DNA of 64,000 bases from a virus. Position numbers and translations under genes: made by a program. Every line of letters starts with the position of its first letter. Positions within the stretch are counted from its first letter, which is position 1. The notes beneath the pieces were generated by a model. The model worked only from the letters and a program-made list of their open reading frames with translations. It did no database searches and had not been told where the DNA came from. This document shows positions 31,101-40,100 of this stretch, in pieces. The DNA lies in IMG/VR virus record IMGVR_UViG_3300030333_005770, positions 5,087 through 69,086 of that record; one strand, 5' to 3'.

Positions 31101-34100
31101 CTCATTCAGTTCCTTGAATGCCTGATCGTTCATATCCCCCAGTACGAGCGATTCAAGATTCCGCTCCAGATCTTCAATATATACCTGAAGAGTTTCGGCA
31201 TTCATGTTCTTGATCCGACGGGACATTACTTTAACTTCGTCCTTTAATCGATAGCCTGTTTCACCGGGTCCCATTGGGAGATCAAGATCTCTTTCCCCAG
31301 CTGAACCGTATATCACATCAACCCAGTTCTCTCGGCGACTGGTATAGCTAGAAACCCCCGGTCCCGTTGGGGCTCGCTCGGTAATCAATCGACCATCTTC
31401 TGGTCCTTCACCCATCATATAGTGGTACAGGTCTTCTTCGCCCGCCAACGCGTCCATATATGCATGATCAACCTTGGTAGCCGTTGCTTGAAGAGCGAGC
31501 AGCTTCTTAAAACTTTCAAAAGCTGCTCTTTGAGCGATATCCGTTGGTGGGGTCGATGGAATCTTCGGAGCAGCCACCGCCAATGCCAAGCTCTTCAAAA
31601 ATCCACGACGCGTGGGTTTCATACTCGAGCCATACATCTGTATGGGTTTGTTCTTACGCTCGCTCTCCGAAGGCATTCCCCCGCCACCTTCCCACCGTCT
31701 CTGCGCTTCTTGGACCGCGCGTGCTAATCGGAAAAGGTATTGACTTAAAGTTTCTGAGGATAGTACGGGTTCTCCCATTTGTACAATATCCCCCTTTGCT
31801 AAATCGTCCAAAAGTTTTAAGGGGCTGTCTTTAACGCCTAGTGTCTCCTTCGTACCAATAGAACCTGGTTCCGTGCTTGTAATCGTCGCGGTACCTTTAC
31901 CCACGCTTGTAATCTCCCCGGTAAACGGAGCCATCCGCCCTTCGCCTTGTTTTTCCCATTGAGGGCCGAGAAGCTCTAAAGTTGCTCTTAGCGCTTTTAA
32001 CCCGTCCGGATTAACTTGTCCGACCTCGTCAAACCATTTAGTAATGCGCGCATCAAATGTATTACGCCAGCCGGGAAGAAGTCTTCCATTTTCATCTACG
32101 GGAAGTTCATCAACACTCGGAGGGTATGGCACATCATCCCAATTGTCGATCGATTTGCCGTGCCTATCGTGTGTCGTAACATGATGAAAGTATTCCGCAG
32201 TAAGTATTTCTTGTTCTAAGATGTGGTTTATCAAAGGTCGGGCACGTTCGGTTTGGTTATTAGCCCACCGGAAAATAGCATCGGTAGCCCGATTCATCTG
32301 TTCGGTAAACGAAGCCCGCATACCCTCATATGTTTGCTTATGCTCCTTATCCAGACTAGCTTCGGCTTCGTCGAGAGGGCTGTCCTCAGTTGGGTCAGCC
32401 GTGGCCGGCGCATCTACTTTTATATCTTCCTGAGGCGGAGGCTCGCCGGTTGCTTGGCCGTCATCGTCTGAATCACCAGAATCACCCATATCCGCACCGG
32501 CAAAATCCTTCTTCGTAGATTTCGTAGAATGTTCGGCGCCTTCAGCGGTAGCTTCGTCAATGTTTTGTTCTTCTCCCTGCTCCTGTTCGAGGATGGTGTG
32601 ATCAGTCTGTTCATTCCAGTAATCATGTCGGCCGGCATTAGACACGGCTCGGGCAATCGGACCGAGTGCTTTGACAAGGTTCTGGTTCAACCACTCTTGA
32701 TTACCGACCATGGATGCTGGTACGAACATCCAATCATCATCAAATCGAGAACGGGTAAGGTTTTTACGGGCATCTTCAAGTATCCTTGGAAATTCTTTCG
32801 ACCAGACTTTATCCTTTACTTTATGCTCTAGCTCCTTACCCCGGGTGGAGGCTAAAACGGTACGGAAAACGCCATCTTCTTTGACACGTATCTTGATCAA
32901 TTCTTCCATCAATTTGATGTTGTAATCGTCTTTGGTGGTGGGTTCTATACCCTTGCCCGCCTTTTGAGCAGCCCTACCTTCCCAATCCTGCTGGCCTTGG
33001 GTCTCTCTAAGAACCTTGGTGTAAGCTTCTTCAAGCTTGTTTTTATTTTCCCGGACGCCCTTGTTTTTCAATACCTGATACGCTTGTTCAACACTGAAAA
33101 ATCTGTAGAACTCACCATTAACGTTTGTAACCCCGGGTACGGTAAAGAACTTAGGAGTACCGTCAGAACCCAAACCCATGCCGCTAAAGTTAGAAAGGTA
33201 TGACCATTCATCCTTAGTCGAGGATTTGATGTTGATCTTTTTAGCGGTCTTACCACCGGTGGATTTTTTGCTCTTCTTGCCCTTCTTGGCTTTTACACGT
33301 GCGGTAAATTCGCCAGTTTCCAAAGCCTCAAAAATATTACTGAAGTCAGCTTCCCGGTCCTTGTTCGGTTTTACATTGCTGTAAATCCAAACATTGTCCA
33401 TGGTTTTACCCTGCTTAATAAAAAAGTCTTTCAGTTGGGCCATGTCTTGAGCAACCGCCCTGGGGTCAAATTTATCTACATCAAACTGACGAACAATCTT
33501 ACCTTGTGCAAGGGCGAGCTCTTGGATCTGATCTATCTTTTGGTTCTTATTCCATTCACCCTGGGAATCCGAAGTCCGGAATACATAGATAATATCTGCT
33601 TTTTGCGCATTCTCGGCCAAGGCGAGGTTATCGTATACGAAATCAGTAGTTCCTTCTTTTTGCCTCCCGACAACTTCCTTTTTATCCAAGCCATAGAGAG
33701 GGTGGTCTGGGGTAGGGTTACCCTCCTTATCTGTTGTAAAGTTTTTAGTAGTAGCACCCGATATATTGGACTTACTGTATGATTGTAGCTTAAGAGCTAA
33801 GAACTCGGACATTCCTTCACCATCTACAATGATGTTTTTAGGTACGCCAATAGCGCCAGCGTCGACGACTACCTTTTTATTTGCATCGGTATCGGTAACA
33901 TCAGCAAGGTCTACATCTGGTAACAGGCTGTCAAAATTCGGATCGGATATATCAAATCGCTTAAGGGCTTTCCACGCTTCTTCATCCTTGGGGATAAGCT
34001 GACCGTTCTCTTCGGTAAGTAATCCGAGTTCAAGATAGAATTTTTTGAGAAGCGGGAAAATAACACGGGGGAATAATCCACCCATAGGTGCTCCGGGAGT

Positions 34101-37100
34101 GCCTTTACCGCCCCGGTCGATATTCCCAGCCATCATGAACATATCCACCCCGTAATTCATGATCTGTTCGATCAATCGACGGGGGGTCATGTGTAAACCG
34201 CTGACCAAAGAGTTATGCCAGTAATTACCCCGGGATTCTTCTTTTGCCAACCAAGCCCGTTGGATACGGTAGTAGTCGTTTTCGAGGTTTACTTCTTCAT
34301 CAGGACCGCTGGCTTCATACTCAGCATGTCGATAAACCTTGCGTTGGTTCTTGGTGTTTACCCAGCGGTCACCCCGCCAAGTAGCGGAGTCCTGAACGCC
34401 TTTTTCATTTATGAATTTGACCTCAGTAAGTGGGGGAATACCTTCGCGAGCGAGGCTGTTTATTATGACCTCAGAGGCTTCGAGATTGTCCCGGTGCCAG
34501 CCTTTCCATTCGGATGAGAAATATTGAGGGCCTGCTCCAGTTACTCCGCCGTACCCGATCATCTCGGCATACATCTGTACAAAATTGGTAGGAGTATCAA
34601 CGGCCGCCCGGATGAAATCGTTATGGTCTTTACCCTCGTTACCGTCCTTAACTATACCGTTTGGACCTTTTATAGGATTGGACTCATCGAAAGCGTCTTT
34701 ATGTTGGATATACGGACTTTCTCGGTCCAAAAAGGCATCTATTCCATCGCGGAATTTATCATGCTCATCAATAGCGAAGCTGGGGTTGTCCTGCCGGATG
34801 CGCCAACGGGTATTACCAAAGGCTTTGATCGTGGCTTTCTTCCCTTGGTCGGTTGAATGAACTTGGGTAAAGGGATCACCAAAGATCATGGGATATCCAC
34901 CCTGGACATAATGCTTTCTAAGAGCGTCCATTATGTGGTCATCTTCCTCGGTCCAAAAATCTCCAAGGCGTTCTTTTTCCCGCGCTTCCAGTCGGTCAAC
35001 AAGAGCAGAGCGTAGGGCGGGTGGGTAATCCCCAATACCTCCCTTTTGATCCTTCTTATCCTTACCGCGTAAAGATTTTTCAAGAGCTTTACGGGCTTCT
35101 TTCTTAGCCGCTTTTCTTTGTCCGGAGCTCTTTTCAGCCCACGCTTTTTTTTCTTCTTCGGATCTTGATTCCTGTATAGATGCCCAATAATCATTGAAAG
35201 CATCATTCATTAATTCGTTGTCCTTGTTCCGCATCCATTGAGCTGGGTTACCAAGCTCATGGGACTTCCACCATACATACATGGAACCAACGCCCCCGGC
35301 CCAAGAGCCTTCCATCTCATCGGCTTCTTTATTCCAATACTCCAGCATTGCTTCAGCAATGCGGTGGGGGTATTGCCATTCCCGGAACGGATCTAATCTC
35401 TGAGACTTAGGAGTGCTACCAGATTCATCGGTGGGGTACTTACCCCCGGTGACATCCATACCAGCTGCAAATTTAAAAGAGCCGGAAGGTGCAATCTTGG
35501 CACTAGCTTCGGTCGGCTCGGCACTTTGAGAGTAAGTAGTGTCGCCCTTTCCGAATATACGATACCCAAATCGTTTTTGGGCCATCTCTTCACCCATCTC
35601 CTCAAGATACTCACTAACCGTTCCGCGGAATTTAGCTTTCTCTTTGGCGATCCTTACCTTCTTCATGTCAAGAAGGCTGTATACAGACCCGGGCATTTCC
35701 CCGGTCATGTCACCAGTAGCTAGTCTGGATATTAGACGTTGATGAAGTTTAAAAAGCGGAATGCCCCCAGGTACTCGTTCTTCAAGAACAAGCTTATTAC
35801 CATCAAGGGCAATAAAACGAGCCTCCCGAGAAGCGTTAGTTTGAAAAGAGGGGGATCTTGGGAGGCCTTTAGATTTCCATTTTTCCCACGCTTTTTCATC
35901 GCTCTTCGGCGGTTGCTTTGGTGAGAAAGCACTATATACCTTTTGTGTTTCACCACCCGGGAGCCTAAAACCTCCCCGCTCAACTCGAGCATCTGTTGAC
36001 TCTTTTCCTGTTACAAACCTAAAACCCTCGGTGACGTTTTTCTTGGTTACCCAGGGATGGAGTACGTCCTTACCCCTCTTCTCGAGTTCTTCCTTACTCA
36101 GACCACCAAGTTTAATCGCAAGCGCCCGGGAGTCCGCATCAAGCTCATTAATATTGATCTCTACCCGACGGGTCTTTTTTCCTTTTTCATCACCCCAACC
36201 GTACATACGTCCATAAGCAGTGGCATTACCCCAGACTTCTTGACCGTCAACTATTTTAACTTGGCCTTCCTTCCGGGTATCAGTCATGAGTGATTCAACG
36301 TATCGACGTCTCTGGTGGAGAAGGATTCTCATCCTTTGACCACTACGCAAACCGTCGTAATCCTGAGCGGCACCGGTAAAGGCTTCCCCTACCCGGCCCT
36401 GAAGAATACTAGCAATCATCTCCTCTTCAGGAGTGGGCACGGCTGATTGTACGGTGTTATATGAAACAAAAGGATGAGTACCTTCGGGATCGTCCAGCAA
36501 TCCATCCTTTTTGAACTTGTCGTATTGACGCTTTCTTCTCTTTTCTGAGACCTTAAGAATCTGGTGAGCAAGGGTCTGAATTAAAGTGGTCCCTTCGTCG
36601 GGGGTAGCATACCCTAAATCTTTAGGGTCCCCATCGGCATCAAACCGTGTGGGTGAAAAAGTAATTTTACCCTTACCTTGATTAGACCAAGAAGCTTCGG
36701 CAGCTACGAGGTGCATGTAATACTCATCGGGCGTGAGGAAGCTCAAATAGTCTTTTCGGAACTCGGACTTCTTAAGCTTCTTGGGATCAAAATCCTTTAG
36801 GTATTGTTTAAAAGCGGTGGGTCGGTAAATGCTGGTCTGGTATTTTTTGTCCTTAAGATTTATGTACCCGGGTTTTGTCTTTGTCGCTTTACCGGGGCGG
36901 GAATCTTTGTACGCTGTGATCTCATTAGTTCCCTCAATCAAATCCTTTAAAGTAACCCTCCTCCAGGAAATCACATTTTTCTCAACCTGTTGCACCCCAT
37001 CCTCATCCGCTTCAGCCAACGGCTGTGGAGTTTCGACCTTGAGCCAATGGTTTTGATAGGGCCCTAACGCAGGTACATCAGCCCATTTAATACGGGAGTT

Positions 37101-40100
37101 AGAAGGGGAAATTAAAAATAGATAATCTCGAAGGCGTTTGATCTGTGTGCGTACGGAATCAACTCGCTTGTCCTTAGCGGCTCGGGCTTGCATCTCGAGC
37201 TGACCCTGAGAAGCACTCATACGATCAAGAACATATTTGCGTACGCCCTTGGGATCTTTCGGATGTGCCTTTTCGGCATCCAAAACGGTGTTGTACCAGA
37301 AATTGTAAATGTTGGACTCCGCAGAGGGCTCGAAGGTCTTCTTCTTCTTATCGTACCTCCCGGACGCGAGCCGTTGTATCATGGCAAAGAAAGCCTGGCC
37401 TTTTGAATCTTCCTCGTTCACAGCGCCCAAGTCATCCCAAGAATCCGTATTAAAAGTTGTTGCGGATTCCGTGTTAAATTCGTCCTTGGCCTTTTTACGG
37501 CGAAACTTATCAACAAGTTTGGTAAGTTTACGGGGGGTCATGTCGGGGAGTTCGATCAAGGCCTGAATAAAGCGGGGTATTGGTCCGGCTCCTTTAAAAA
37601 TATGGAACGCCGGGGCTTTAGCGATAGCCTGGCCGGCTTTTTCAGGTGTGATCTTCGAAGGTTGGTTGTCCACCTTTTTGCGCAGTTTCGAAAGTGCGGA
37701 ATCAATATCTTTACCACCGAGTTCTTCCTTAATAGCATTTTCCAAATACTCGCCAAACACATCCATCAGGAGGGTCCGTCTTTCATTTTCCTTCTTTAAT
37801 TCTGTCCCGGTAAGTGGGATGTCTCCCCGAGTTAAGAAAACCCCGAACTGATATTTAGGCCGGCCCTTCTTCATTTTACGCACCCGGAACCCTACATTGA
37901 ACTGCCTATTAAACTTTGCATCTTTACCCTTACCCGTAGTGAGTTTAAATTGTGCTTCGGGGTTTCCTGCGTAATCTTTTTGGTATTGGAAATTCTTAGC
38001 TACCCCAGCCCAATACTTAAACCTATTTAACAGGTTCTTGTAATCTTGTTGGTCCGCCTTGTTTTTGCTTTTTCTGAGGTATGCGATGCTGTCTGCAAAC
38101 GCCTTTTGGCCGTAAAATATTTTAACCCCTTTAGCCGGTTGGGACTTAATTTTTACCAACCTCGCCTTACCTTTACCTCTACCTTTACCTTTCTTCTTGG
38201 GGACCGCTTCTAAAGGCCGGCCCAAGCTACCTTGCGGGCGTTTCTTTACCTTCTCAAAATTTCTTTGGTTAACACCGATGGCTCCTTCCACAGAGTCCAT
38301 CTGGTTTGTCAACTCATTAATACGCTGCTGGATAGCTTCGGCAGTCATTGTCTGTAACTGCTCGTCTTGGAAATAAGCTTCCTCAATATCTTCAGGAGAC
38401 GGCGTCAGTTCCGAGTCCCTCTCGGCAAGATCTTTAGTCGCTACGAGGGGGCCCAATTTTGAACGGTCTACCAACTTTTCTATGTCTACAATAGAAGCCA
38501 AAACCTCAGAATCACTAATCTGAGAATCCAGTACGGCACGAACATATTTTTCTACAGTGGCTTCGAATCTACCAGGTATCTCATATTCCTCGGGGTTAGC
38601 TTCACGATGTTCTTCAATCTTGGCTATTACATCGGGAAATGCTTGAGCGATATTGGGATCCTCTTCAAAGATACTGTCAACCATCTCTTTTCTTTTGAGG
38701 TACATCGCTTTTTCCAATTCCTTAGGGTCTTGGATAAGCTTTTGCATGCGTTCCTGCGCAGCAAGAGTGTCTTTGTCCTGCTCATCAACAACGGCGCGTT
38801 CGGCAGTAACAAAGGCGCGCGCCTCTTCGACCGTCTTATGGTAGGTTTTTGCAGGGGTCGGCAAATTATACCCTTTTCCACCGGTACGGGTGACTGTGAC
38901 TGAACCGTTTTCGTTCTGGGAAGCGGTGTATTTTGGGCGGTCTACTAGTTGCTCTATATCACGTCTTCGATCTCTTTCAGCATCCTGAATGAGGCCGGCG
39001 TCATCCGCTTTAGTCTGGACGGTCTGTACAATCTTTTCCGCTCGGGCAATATCGGGGTCTTCGGTGGCTTTAACAGGCACAGTCCCTCCATACCCATCAT
39101 CCCTTGATCCTTCTTGACGAAGATACTCGGGGTCAGCCGCAATAGCTGCATCCACTTCAGCAGTGGCTTGGTCAAAGATACCACCCTCTTCCAAAACAGC
39201 GTCTGAACGACGCTTTGCCTCTTCTCGCTGCTGATCGACCGTTTGGAACATGGTGTCCTGAGGGTCGAGAATATTCGCACCCATCAAGGAGTTCACCGCC
39301 CAGATCGCACGCTCACGGTCAAGAACATCCATGGCTGCGATCTTATTCTTAAGATTATTCAGACCCTCCTGCTCGGTAAGCCCCTCATAACCCGTAGGTA
39401 GATCGGTACGATTGTCAGCACGATTGACGTCGGATCTATATTTGAAAAAGGTTTCAAGGTCACCCATGCGGGAACCGTTGTTCGTATACCCCATGGCGTT
39501 GAGAACAGCCTGACCAATTCGAATCTGTTGTTCCGGGGTACCTGCGTATTCTTCAGCGCCCATATAACCGGCAAAAGACGGTACGATATGCGACTCGAAA
39601 AACTGCTTGAGTGGTTTGGCAACTGATTGGTGAGCGCTGTCGCCAACCAATAAACGGGCAAATTGATAAGCAAACCATTCTTCGGCACGGACAAGCTCGG
39701 TAGACGCGTTCCATACGGCATCCACTTGACGTTTGCCCGCGGGATCAAGCTGGCTGTACTTGGCCTTGGGTGTCTTTACTACATATTCAGTAAGCGCATC
39801 AAGTTGAGCTTCTTTGGTAGGAAGCGCGGCATAGTAGGTGTTGATGAACGCTTCGTCGTTCTCGAACATTGATTGACGGGCAAAGTGAGCCGATTCGTGC
39901 ATGAACGCACGGAGCGGATTCTTAGCCATCATTTCTTTGTTCAAATAGATAAGCGTGGCTCCAGTCTCCGAATCATACTCAAATGAACCCTCCTGAAGAA
40001 TGTCGGGGGATGGTGTACGGTCGGATAGAACCCACCGGATATTCGAAAACTTCTCAGGGTTGAGCTGTTGTAAACGAGCCATGTAATCCTGAGTCCATTG

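Noticed and set aside
36620-36660. RFDADGD in the giant protein as a virion RNA polymerase DxDGD motif
   Set aside because: It lacks the NADFDGD/DFDID context and I see no other polymerase motifs; probably chance. HHpred would settle it.
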